Shown piece after piece: positions 44,519 through 53,439 of a stretch of DNA of 64,000 bases (positions within the stretch are counted from its first letter, which is position 1; every line of letters begins with the position of its first letter). Both the position numbers and the translations under genes were made by a program. The DNA comes from Dehalococcoidia bacterium (lineage in GTDB: Bacteria; Chloroflexota; Dehalococcoidia; Lucifugimonadales; Lucifugimonadaceae). The stretch lies in assembly GCA_963663555.2 (NCBI GenBank), contig CAXXNJ010000005.1:176989-240988 (forward strand), read 5' to 3'. The notes below the pieces were generated by a model that saw only the letters and a list, made by a program, of their open reading frames with translations, did no database searches and was not told where the DNA came from.

Positions 44519-45727
44519 CTAGCCGACCAGTTGAGGCACCACCGCCAGAAGCACTCCCGCAACCGTCGCAGTGCCGATCACGCCCGCCACGTTGGGCCCC
44601 ATGGCGTGCATCAAAAGGAAGTTCGACTCGTCCTCCTGGCGCGCCATGTCCTGCACCACGCGGGCCGCCATTGGAACGGCCGAAACTCCCGCAGCGCCGA
44701 TCATCGGGTTCACCGGGTCTTTCGACACCATGTTCATCACCTTCGCCAGAACGATGCCCGTGGCGGTGGCCGTGATGAAGGCGAACAGGCCGAGCAGGAA
44801 GATCGCTATCGTTTCAGGCTTCAGGAACACGGCCGCAGGCATGGTCGAGCCGACGGCGAGGCCGAGCATGATGATCACTATGTTCATCAGCTCGTTCTGC
44901 GCCGTGCCCGACAGCCGCTCCACGACGCCAGACTCCTTCAGCAGGTTGCCGAACATCATGATCCCTATCAGCGGGGACGCCTTGGGCACCAGCACGCTCA
45001 CCAGGATGGCCGTCACTATGGGGAACATGATCTTCATCCGCTTCGACACCGGCTTGTAGGAGTACGGCATCTTTATCTGCCGCTCCCGCTTCGTCGTGAG
45101 AAAGCGGATGATGGGCGGCTGGATGATCGGCACCAACGCCATGTAGGAGTACGCGGCAACGGCCGTTGCGCCGACCACGTCCTGCACTCCCCCGGCGACC
45201 ATCGCATCGCCTATCTCCCTCATGCGCGTCGAGATGAATATCGTCGTCGGCCCGTCGGCGCCGCCGATTATTCCTATCGACGAAGCCTCGAATATGCCGA
45301 AGCTGAAGAAATCGGTCATGCCGAGCAGCAACGCGCCTATCAACGCAAAGAACACTCCCGCCTGCGCGCCGGCGCCCAGCAGCAGCGTCTTCGGGTTCGA
45401 CAGCATCGGCTCGAAGTCGGTAAGCGCGCCAAGGCCGAGAAATACCAGCAACGGCAGCAGGTCGGTAGTCAGGCCGAAGTCCTGGAACACCCTGAATATG
45501 CCCGGCGGCTCGCCGTGCCCCGCCACCCTGATCAGTTCGCCCAGGGGCAGGTTGGCCAGCAGGATGCCGCTGGCGATGGGCACCAGCAGCAGCGGCTCCT
45601 TGCGCTTCGCGATGCCGACGTACAGCAGACCGGCCGCTATCGCCCACATCGCCACCATGCGCGGCTCATTGCCAAGCGCAGTCAGCCCCTGCCAAACCTC
45701 GCTCATTACGCTGCCAAAGTCAGGCAT
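44519..45727 (-). CDS. Na+-translocating decarboxylase beta subunit (OadB/MmdB/GcdB family)
   Basis: ~400-aa polytopic protein with N-terminal ..AIAAGLLYVGIAKRKEPLLLVPIASGILLANLP and the ..GAAGVSAVPMAARV.. region typical of the family. Confidence 0.85.
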   Translation of the reverse strand: MPDFGSVMSEVWQGLTALGNEPRMVAMWAIAAGLLYVGIAKRKEPLLLVPIASGILLANLPLGELIRVAGHGEPPGIFRVFQDFGLTTDLLPLLVFLGLGALTDFEPMLSNPKTLLLGAGAQAGVFFALIGALLLGMTDFFSFGIFEASSIGIIGGADGPTTIFISTRMREIGDAMVAGGVQDVVGATAVAAYSYMALVPIIQPPIIRFLTTKRERQIKMPYSYKPVSKRMKIMFPIVTAILVSVLVPKASPLIGIMMFGNLLKESGVVERLSGTAQNELMNIVIIMLGLAVGSTMPAAVFLKPETIAIFLLGLFAFITATATGIVLAKVMNMVSKDPVNPMIGAAGVSAVPMAARVVQDMARQEDESNFLLMHAMGPNVAGVIGTATVAGVLLAVVPQLVG

Positions 45728-45735
45728 CCGGTTTA

Positions 45736-46182
45736 CTACTCCAACTCCACGAGCGTCTGGCCGTGCTGAACGCTGTCGCCCGCCTGGACGTGCACAGACC
45801 GCACGGTCCCTTCCTGCGGGGAGGCGATGGTCTGTTCCATCTTCATCGACTCGATGATGAGCAACGGATGGTTCCTATCGACCCGCTCGCCCTCTGATAC
45901 GTTAACCGAAACTATGCGGCCGGGCATCATCGCCCTCACAACGCCCTCGCCGGCCTGGTTGGACACCGACGGCCTGGGCGCAGATGGACGCGGCGCGGCG
46001 GGAGCTGCAACCGCACGGGGAGCGGCGCGGCGAGCGGCGGGCGCGCTCGGCGCGGCGCCCGGCAGGTCCACCTCGTACTCCACGCCGTCCACGGTGACGG
46101 TGACGGGCGATGCGTCCAGGCCGCCAACCTCAACGTCAAAAACGGTCCCCCTGACGGTGATGCGATAGCGCCTGGGACTCAC
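45736..46182 (-). CDS. Biotin carboxyl-carrier subunit of the decarboxylase (gamma-type, Ala/Pro linker)
   Basis: C-terminal biotinyl domain with IESMKMEQTI (MKM biotinylation motif). GTG 46182 overlaps the upstream stop as GTGA. Confidence 0.8.
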   Translation of the reverse strand: MSPRRYRITVRGTVFDVEVGGLDASPVTVTVDGVEYEVDLPGAAPSAPAARRAAPRAVAAPAAPRPSAPRPSVSNQAGEGVVRAMMPGRIVSVNVSEGERVDRNHPLLIIESMKMEQTIASPQEGTVRSVHVQAGDSVQHGQTLVELE

Positions 46183-46589
46183 TGCCGCGGCCTCCGGGGT
46201 ACGGCCCGTTCCGCCATCTGCCTGGCGCGACCCGACTGGAGCCACGCCCCCGCCAGGCTCTGCTGCCGCTGGCCGGGCATCGCCCGCGCCGCGGTGGACT
46301 CCGCCTCCGCCAGCGCAAGAGCCGCGCCTATTGCGGCCGCCACCTCGGGGGATATGGGAGGCCGTTCAGGAAGAGGCACATCCTGCGGGGCCTCGTCGAC
46401 CTCCTCCGCAGGCTCCTCATCGGCTCGCTCCTCCCTGGCCGACAGCACGCCGTCGATCCAGCCAAGCGCCCAGATGGCGATGCCAAGCAGGACGAGGACG
46501 GCGAAGACGACGCCCAGACCGATGCCGCTTACGACAAGGCCGTCATTTAGAGATTCCCAGTCAAACGTGACGAACGCTCCGGATTCACA
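46179..46589 (-). CDS. OadG/MmdD-like small membrane anchor subunit (no canonical in-frame start upstream of its TM helix)
   Basis: Frame reads ..FDWESLNDGLVVSGIGLGVVFAVLVLLGIAIWALGWI.. then an Ala/Pro/Glu-rich tail. It is open from the TAG at 46592-46590, but the first ATG/GTG/TTG (46448) lies after the TM helix. Confidence 0.45.
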   Translation of the reverse strand, partial: CESGAFVTFDWESLNDGLVVSGIGLGVVFAVLVLLGIAIWALGWIDGVLSAREERADEEPAEEVDEAPQDVPLPERPPISPEVAAAIGAALALAEAESTAARAMPGQRQQSLAGAWLQSGRARQMAERAVPRRPRQ

Positions 46590-46707
46590 CTACTCAACAG
46601 GACAAACTCAGGCGCAGCCCTCCGCGCCCAATGCCGACCACAAATCATATCACCGCCCGCACCCCATTCTCACCTAGCGCATCCACCTCGCAGCGGCGTC
46701 CCCCTAC

Positions 46708-46729
46708 GGATTCCCGTGAAAACGGGAAT
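46708..46729. repeat. REP2 hairpin copy (ggattcccgtgaaaacgggaat)
   Basis: Same palindrome family as 12031, 12097, 24442 and 49871. Confidence 0.8.
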
Positions 46730-46810
46730 GACGGAAAGGAGGCGCCGGGAGTAACGGCATGGTGGGTAACATCGCGCGCGCCTGACGTCGCGCGCCCCGT
46801 TGGGAAGACG

Positions 46811-49717
46811 CTAGATGACCAGCGCCGCACCCTTCAGCCGCGCCTTGCCGCCGTGCACGGACGGCTCGGCGCACCACTTGGCGGCCAGGCGGCGGACTCC
46901 CGCGTAGATATCCGCATCGAATCCAAGCAGGTCGCAGATGACACGGCGGTCGAGCAGGGCGCGGTTGGGGTCGGCGTCCGCGAGGTAGGCAGGCTTGAAC
47001 TCCTTGTCCCGGAACTCGTCGAAGATGGTCTCTGCCGTGGCTAGCTGGTCGTCGGTGAGGGCGCGGAGGTCTAGGACGGGGAGGGAGTCGAGCGCGCTGA
47101 CGGAAATAGTTCCACGGCCGGCCACTTGGCGATTGGCGTTCCACCAGAAAGTCAAAAGACCAAGAGTACTGTTGGCCCAAATTACGAATACGCACTCCAA
47201 TCTCTTGTCTTTGAATGACACATTGGGCCAAGCTCGTCCGCCGACACTTGGTTGATCGGTGAATGCCGCTGCAAGTGGCTGGGAGTTAAAGCGAAAGTCA
47301 ACGCTTATGTGTGACCGGCTGGCAGTTGCCCAAGCCAAGGCAGCCCTTTCTTCCATTCCCTCCCTGACGATCAACTGGGAGTCAGGCAGGCAGATCATTC
47401 GAGTTTCCCTTTTGGCGTTGTGACTCCACAAGGCAGGGTATGTAGAGGTTGGACTCGGCGCGGCTTTCTCGAACGGTCCGGTGGAACTGGCGATGTTCAT
47501 GCTATGCCAGCCACGTTTACCCAAATGGCTTAGGTTCACTACTGTCAAATCTACGGATGAAGCAAGACCTGGCAGCCACAATTTGGACTCGGATAGTGAA
47601 TAGGCTGTTTGAGCCACGGAATGGTCTGATAGACGCACTGAGTTCCAGACTTTCCCGTCTGTACCGCGAGGAGCCGTTATCATTTCACCGGCCAACTCCT
47701 CTCCAACCATCAGGCTCGTGCCGCCGTATGGTCCGTCCTCAATCCTTCTCGGTCGCGCGTTGCCAGTCGCTACTTTCGCCAAATAATTGGCGTGGACAAA
47801 TCCCTGCGGTCTGTGACGCAGAGACATGAAACGCGTACGGTCACCGGGTTCTTCATTCGGTTTCAGCTTGCGGGCAATCACTAGGCACTCCGCCATACCA
47901 GTGTCCGCTGAAAAGGACAGGGCATCATTGTCCGCAGCTGCTACTGTGAACACGGTTAAATCTGTATATTCGTGATCAATCATCGCCCGAAAACCACTCC
48001 AGGAAACGCCGTTTACGGCGGTAAGGGGAAGTACCAACGCCAGAACGCCGCCGGGCTTGATCTTCTTGTGGGCCAACGCCGCAAACGCCGATGCAATGCC
48101 GGCGTAGCCGTGGTAACAGGTACCCTTTGTAGAGCGACTTAGACTCTTGGCCATGTCTTTCTGCTCAGCCATTCCGGTGCTCAGCCCTCTAAAGTGCTTT
48201 ATGTAGTCCTCGGTTCTTCCGCTTCCTTCCCAGTCGGAGGCCGGCCTGGTAAACGGCGGATTCATTATCACCATGTCATATCCGTCGTCGGGTATATCGG
48301 CTTGTACCTGTGCGGCCGTCTCCTCACCTGCGCTGCCGGTTCGCATGGCGGGGTCGCTGGTGTTGAAGAGTGTCAGCACGCTGGAGGACTTGAGCAGTTC
48401 GAGCGAGCCTATGCTCACGCTGCCGTCTTCCATGCGGCCGTAGGGCATGGTGTAGAGGCGGGAGTTTTCGAAGACGACGTCGGGCTCGACTCCCGACAGG
48501 GTGGAGCCTGTGATGTGGACCGCCGACGGCATGACGTCGCATCCGTAGAGCACGTCTTCCATCATCGTCTTGTGCAGGGCCGCCGCATCGCCTCCGGCCC
48601 GCTCGTGACGGGCTGCGACCTGCTCGTAGACGGCGGAGAGCAGCGCGCCGGCGCCGCAGGCGAAGTCCCCGATTCGGAGCTTGCCGACGGCCCCTGCGTC
48701 CGACCAGTCGACGCCGTCCATCTTTGCGACTGCGAGACGGGCCAGCAGCGCCGCCGACGCAGGCAGGGTGTAGAAGGTCGCAAGGTACTTCCGGTCTGCA
48801 ATCAGGCGCTGGAAGATGCGCCCCGTCAGGTCGTGTGCGTTGTCCACTCCTTTGGCGTTGACCTGCTGTGCGGTCTCACCCAGCCGCCTGAGTATCCTTG
48901 CGGCTCCGTGTGCGTCGAGCTGCTGGAGTATGTCCTTTGCGATTGCGAATATGGCCCAGTAGTTGATCTTGAGAATGGCGCTCCACGCGGCGAGGGCCTG
49001 CCCCTGCGGGTTGGGCGAGTCTTCGGCGCATACCAAGGAGAGGGGAGGAACCTCTTGGTGCGTTCCTGCGATGCGACCGTGGAAGACCAGCGCGTTTGCG
49101 ATGATGGCGCATGCCATGCGGCGGGTCTGGGGCACGTCGGTCATACCCAGCAGCCGGGCTATCGACGCGGTGACGCCGGGGCGCATCTCGTTCAGTTCGT
49201 CGAGGATATTTGCGGCCCGGTCGATGCCCTCTTGCAGCGTGGAGGTGGCCTCGTCCACGGCGCGCTGTGGTACGGATACGAGTCGCACCATGTCGGCCAG
49301 GTCGTCTACCGAGCCGTCCAGCCAGCCGGACTGCGGGAAGCGTTCGAGCCGCTCCGTCGGGCCGGTGAATACGCAGTAGGAGAGGCGGGCTGCTGAAAGA
49401 GCGGTGCGTAGGTCGTGCGCCTCGCCTATCTCGTCGGGATAGCGGAGTGCGACGGCGGCCTCGATGACGCGTCCGTTGGCCGCCACAGTCAGGCCGAGGC
49501 GCGACTTCGCCTCCGATTCGACGTTCGCCGCAGGCTCGTACTCCGCCTCCACCACGACCGGCGACCGGCCGGCCGCCGTTATCAGTATGTCCGGTCGCAG
49601 ACCCGGCTGGCCCTGTATGGCCCTGGTGTTCTCCGAGCGCACGTAGCTGCGCGGCAGCATCGCCTGTAGGAGACCTCCGGCGGCGTTGTTGGCGCTCGGC
49701 TCGGCCTGGCGCGGCAT
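46811..49717 (-). CDS. Large (968 aa) gamma-class N6-adenine DNA methyltransferase, type IIG-like fusion with possible N-terminal nuclease and C-terminal specificity region
   Basis: Motif I LRIGDFACGAGALLS, motif IV MVIMNPPFTRP. N-terminal RPDILI..VVVEAEYEP..ESEAK looks PD-(D/E)xK-like. ~400 aa follow the MTase core. The central part has visibly lower GC. Confidence 0.7.
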   Translation of the reverse strand: MPRQAEPSANNAAGGLLQAMLPRSYVRSENTRAIQGQPGLRPDILITAAGRSPVVVEAEYEPAANVESEAKSRLGLTVAANGRVIEAAVALRYPDEIGEAHDLRTALSAARLSYCVFTGPTERLERFPQSGWLDGSVDDLADMVRLVSVPQRAVDEATSTLQEGIDRAANILDELNEMRPGVTASIARLLGMTDVPQTRRMACAIIANALVFHGRIAGTHQEVPPLSLVCAEDSPNPQGQALAAWSAILKINYWAIFAIAKDILQQLDAHGAARILRRLGETAQQVNAKGVDNAHDLTGRIFQRLIADRKYLATFYTLPASAALLARLAVAKMDGVDWSDAGAVGKLRIGDFACGAGALLSAVYEQVAARHERAGGDAAALHKTMMEDVLYGCDVMPSAVHITGSTLSGVEPDVVFENSRLYTMPYGRMEDGSVSIGSLELLKSSSVLTLFNTSDPAMRTGSAGEETAAQVQADIPDDGYDMVIMNPPFTRPASDWEGSGRTEDYIKHFRGLSTGMAEQKDMAKSLSRSTKGTCYHGYAGIASAFAALAHKKIKPGGVLALVLPLTAVNGVSWSGFRAMIDHEYTDLTVFTVAAADNDALSFSADTGMAECLVIARKLKPNEEPGDRTRFMSLRHRPQGFVHANYLAKVATGNARPRRIEDGPYGGTSLMVGEELAGEMITAPRGTDGKVWNSVRLSDHSVAQTAYSLSESKLWLPGLASSVDLTVVNLSHLGKRGWHSMNIASSTGPFEKAAPSPTSTYPALWSHNAKRETRMICLPDSQLIVREGMEERAALAWATASRSHISVDFRFNSQPLAAAFTDQPSVGGRAWPNVSFKDKRLECVFVIWANSTLGLLTFWWNANRQVAGRGTISVSALDSLPVLDLRALTDDQLATAETIFDEFRDKEFKPAYLADADPNRALLDRRVICDLLGFDADIYAGVRRLAAKWCAEPSVHGGKARLKGAALVI

Positions 49718-49870
49718 GTCACCCTGCGGACCTGTCGAATGTGATTGCGGACTCGTGAAGAATATCCCATAGCGCCGGAAAGCACGTGCGCTTTTGTCTG
49801 ATGAGCAGGATGGGGCCGCATCCGTCTTTCCGGCTCAGGGGCCGGAAAGGGCGTATTGGGGGTGAAAGTA

Positions 49871-49906
49871 GATTCCCGTGAAAATGGGAACCCGTAGGGG
49901 CGTCCG
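49871..49906. repeat. REP2 hairpin (gattcccgtgaaaatgggaa) followed by a truncated REP1 (cccgtaggggcgtcc)
   Basis: Same orientation as the REP2 copy at 46708-46729, on the other side of the methyltransferase gene. Confidence 0.8.
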
Positions 49907-51121
49907 TCAGCAGCGGGAAGGGGTGTGGGATGCGCTGGTGACGTTGGAGAACATGGCTAGCAACCTGTCAACCGCGGCGTCCCACGTCAGTGTCTCGGCG
50001 TGTGCGCGGGCGGCGGTTCCCATCATCCGGCGGCGGCCGTCATTGGCAAGCAGCAGATCGATCCTGTCCGCGAAGAGGCCGGGGCTGCGGGAGGGGATGA
50101 GGTAACCCGTCTCGCCGTCCTTCACCACGGAGGGCAGGCCGCCGACCTTGGAGGCGACGACCGGCGTGCTGCAGGCTGCGGCCTCCAGCGCGGCCAAGCC
50201 AAAGCTCTCGTAGTAGGAAGGCAGCACGCACAGGTCTGCGGCGTTGTAGTAGATGGGCATCCGGTCTCTCGGCTCGGAGCCCAAGAAAGACGTAAACGAG
50301 GCCACGCCCAAAGCGTTTGCCAGTCCTTGCAGCCTAGCCAGCTCCGGGCTGTCTGCGTCTCCGCCCACTATGAGCAGCCGGACGTCGTGTTCACGGTCGA
50401 GGGCCGCCATGGCCTCCAGCAGGATGTCCACGCCCTTCAGGCGCTCCAGCCTGCCGACGTAGAGGACGATCTTCTCATCGCCAAGTCCGAGCATCGACCT
50501 CGCCGATGACTGCCGGTATCGACGAAAGAGGCCGGTGTCCACGCCCGGCGGGATGATCTCGATGCGGCTCGCATCGGCCCCGTAGTATTGCGTCACCGCG
50601 TCGCGCTCGTGCTCGGTCCATACGACGATGCGGTCCGCGTCCGCCGCAATGCGGGCCTCCGAACCGGCGCGCGCTGGCAGGTCGCTCTCGCCTGGGCGCG
50701 CCCTGCGCTTGACCTCGGCGAGAGTGTGGAAGCTGGTGACGTGCGGCACGTTCCAGGCGGACCGCAGATCGAGGCCCACCAGGCCGCTGAGCCAGTAGTG
50801 GGAACTTATCAGGTCATACCGGCGGTTCTCGCTCCGGCAGAACTCCAGGAGCCGCTCGGTGAACAGCGGCAGCAACGGATGGTTCTCGGTCTTGGTTGCA
50901 TCGACCGGCCCGGCTTCCACGTGGACGAGTCGCGCGCCGTGGCCCAGCTCTAGTACGCCTGGGTCATTTGGGTCGTGGCGGCGCGTGAAGACGTCCACCT
51001 CGACGCCGCGGGCGGCGAGGCGCCTCGCAGTCTCCAAGACGTAGACGTTCATGCCGCCCGCGTCCTGCCCGCCGGCCTGGGCTACGGGGCAGCCGTGAAC
51101 GCTTATCGCAGCGATTCTCAC
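49907..51121 (-). CDS. Family 4 glycosyltransferase (MshA/BshA-like)
   Basis: MRIAAISVHGCPVAQAGGQDAGGMNVYVLETARRLAARG..., C-terminal E.FGL..LEA motif. Confidence 0.85.
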   Translation of the reverse strand: MRIAAISVHGCPVAQAGGQDAGGMNVYVLETARRLAARGVEVDVFTRRHDPNDPGVLELGHGARLVHVEAGPVDATKTENHPLLPLFTERLLEFCRSENRRYDLISSHYWLSGLVGLDLRSAWNVPHVTSFHTLAEVKRRARPGESDLPARAGSEARIAADADRIVVWTEHERDAVTQYYGADASRIEIIPPGVDTGLFRRYRQSSARSMLGLGDEKIVLYVGRLERLKGVDILLEAMAALDREHDVRLLIVGGDADSPELARLQGLANALGVASFTSFLGSEPRDRMPIYYNAADLCVLPSYYESFGLAALEAAACSTPVVASKVGGLPSVVKDGETGYLIPSRSPGLFADRIDLLLANDGRRRMMGTAARAHAETLTWDAAVDRLLAMFSNVTSASHTPSRC

Positions 51122-51217
51122 CGTGCTACGGCGCCCAAGAGTCGTACGCCCTACGAACGGGTGGCCATTGTGCCCGCCCGTTCCCCCTTTGGGATGCGTC
51201 CATTCCGGTGAGGAGGT

Positions 51218-52207
51218 TCAACGGCTGGCGGTAAGGGTGTGGAGGATGCTGTCTTGGCCTCCGAGGCGGTACTTGTAGGGCTCGTCTCCGCGCATGAAGT
51301 CGAATACCGACAGGCCCTCCTCAATGGAACGGCGGATGGCGTATGCGTGGTTTAGCAGGCCGGCCGCCAGGCGCCTCAGGGAGGGGTCGTAGCCTGAGTT
51401 GTACAGGTAGCGCACTCCTCCGCAGACGAATGAAAGAGAGACGGCGGTCCGCTCCCCGTCTACCTCGACGAAACTGAGCCTGGCGATTCCCTGTTCCGCC
51501 AGCCCGACGGCCACCCGCCGGAAGAACCTCTCCCGCCGCGGGGTCATGAACTGCCGCTTGTCGGGGCCGCTCATTCGATGCAGCGAGAAGAAGTCGTCCA
51601 TGCCGGCCTCCACGTCGCCGCCGGCGGACAGCTCGTAGTTCCGCGTGCCGGGCGTGCGTTCGAGCCGCCTGAGCTTGCGCCTCAACTCGTGCCTGTCCCT
51701 CCTCCTGAGTCCGGCGAGGTATTCGTCCCACGTGTCGGGCAACTGCAAGCGCGGCGCCACGTCCTCCCTTTCCAGTGAGACCTCCCAGCCCCGTTCGCGG
51801 CACAGGCCGGGAAGCTGTCTGAATGCGAAAGAGTCCTCCCGCAGGGAGAAGAACTCCAGTCGGCGGATGTCCTCATCCGCGGAGAGTCGCCGTACCAGCG
51901 CGTGTGCGGCGGCGCCGGAGGACTCACCCTCGCCGCCGGGCAGGATCAGGTCGTGATAGTCGAAGAGATCTGTCCCGCCCAGGAATGCTACCGTGCCGTC
52001 ATGCACGTAGAGTGGCGCAACCAGGGACACGTCGCCGCGTTCGTCCCTGACGGACAGGAGCCTAAGCGCACCTTCATCGCGTGCCTCTTCCCACCATGCC
52101 CTTAGCCACTCGTGCCGTTCGAAGAACGTGCCGTGCGTGCAGGGGTCGGGCGCGATCGCGGCCAGCGACTCGAAGGTCTCCTCCGTGACCGCGTTGGGGC
52201 CGGTCAA
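51218..52207 (-). CDS. GNAT-fold acetyltransferase (CelD/BioF2-like Acetyltransf_6 type)
   Basis: ~330 aa; ..FFERHEWLRAWWE.., C-terminal ..YLYNSGYDP....AGLLNHAYAIRRSIEEG...FDFMRGDEPYKYR. Confidence 0.6.
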   Translation of the reverse strand: MTGPNAVTEETFESLAAIAPDPCTHGTFFERHEWLRAWWEEARDEGALRLLSVRDERGDVSLVAPLYVHDGTVAFLGGTDLFDYHDLILPGGEGESSGAAAHALVRRLSADEDIRRLEFFSLREDSFAFRQLPGLCRERGWEVSLEREDVAPRLQLPDTWDEYLAGLRRRDRHELRRKLRRLERTPGTRNYELSAGGDVEAGMDDFFSLHRMSGPDKRQFMTPRRERFFRRVAVGLAEQGIARLSFVEVDGERTAVSLSFVCGGVRYLYNSGYDPSLRRLAAGLLNHAYAIRRSIEEGLSVFDFMRGDEPYKYRLGGQDSILHTLTASR

Positions 52208-52307
52208 ACCGAGTTCCTTGTGGAACGCCGGGGCGCCGCCTCTCCAATGGCGGGTGAGGACTGCACGCGGCGGGGATGGCCGGTTGTTGTCGTGACATTG
52301 GGCCGTC

Positions 52308-53384
52308 TCATGTGGAGGCTTTGCCCGGCCCTTCCGTTGACAGCATCTGGGCGATGTCCTTCAGCTCGGGCGAGACGTACTCGATCTCGACAAGAGCGCG
52401 GCTCTCGGCCGTGCCGGGGTCTTTGAGGCCGTTGCCGGTGAGGATGCAGACGACGGTCTTTCCCTTGAGGTCCACGCCCAGTTCCGGCAGGCGCAAGAGG
52501 CCGGCGACCGAGGCGGCCGAGGCCGGTTCGCAGAACACCCCTTCCTCCCTGGTAAGCCGCAGGTAGGCCGAGATTATCTGCTCGTCGTTAACGGTCTCTA
52601 TCATTCCGCCCGACTCGTCCCGCGCCAGTTCGGCCCTCTCCCAGCTGGCCGGATTGCCGATGCGGATGGCGGTCGCCACCGTCTCGGGGCTGTCGATCTT
52701 GCGTCCGTGTACGATTGGCGCTGCGCCTGCGGCCTGGAATCCCATCATCCTCGGCAGCTTGCCGGTCTTCCCGGCGTCGGCGTACTCGCGGAAGCCCATC
52801 CAGTATGAGGTGATGTTGCCTGCGTTGCCGACCGGCATGCATACGATGTCCGGCGCGTCTCCGAGGTCGTCCACCAGTTCGAAGGCCGCCGTCTTCTGTC
52901 CCTGCAGCCGGTATGGATTGAGGGAGTTGACGAGTTCGATGTCCATGATGTCGACGAGGCCGCGCACGGCCTGCAGGGCGTCGTCGAAACTGCCGTCCAC
53001 GGCGAGGATGCGCGCTCCGTAGGCCATGGCCTGCGCCAGCTTGCCGAGGGCTATCTCGCCCGCCGGCACCAGCGTGAGGGTTTCCAGCCCGTACCTTGCG
53101 CCGTAAGCGGCGGCGGACGCGCTGGTGTTGCCGGTCGAGGCGCAGATGATCCTCGTGCAGCCGCCCTCCAGCGCCTTGGCTATCGCCATCGCCATACCGC
53201 GGTCCTTGAAGGATCCGGTGGGATTGCAGCCCTCCAGCTTCAGATAGAGGTTATCGCAGCCGACCGACGGGCCGATGTTGCGGGAGAGGGCCATCGGGGT
53301 GGACCCCTCACCCAGCGAAACGCTGGGGGTGGACCCGCTCACGGGCAACAGGTCGCGGTAGCGTTCTATTACGCCTGAATTCAT
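52308..53384 (-). CDS. thrC: Threonine synthase
   Basis: ..LGEGSTPM.., PLP-lysine region NPTGSFKDRG. Start taken at ATG 53384 (MNSGVIERYRDLLPV); the longer track ORF overlaps hom. Confidence 0.9.
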   Translation of the reverse strand: MNSGVIERYRDLLPVSGSTPSVSLGEGSTPMALSRNIGPSVGCDNLYLKLEGCNPTGSFKDRGMAMAIAKALEGGCTRIICASTGNTSASAAAYGARYGLETLTLVPAGEIALGKLAQAMAYGARILAVDGSFDDALQAVRGLVDIMDIELVNSLNPYRLQGQKTAAFELVDDLGDAPDIVCMPVGNAGNITSYWMGFREYADAGKTGKLPRMMGFQAAGAAPIVHGRKIDSPETVATAIRIGNPASWERAELARDESGGMIETVNDEQIISAYLRLTREEGVFCEPASAASVAGLLRLPELGVDLKGKTVVCILTGNGLKDPGTAESRALVEIEYVSPELKDIAQMLSTEGPGKAST

Positions 53385-53439
53385 ACCCAAACTTGCAGGG
53401 GGATCCGTAACACCCGGCGGGAGCGCCCCAGCGTCCAGG

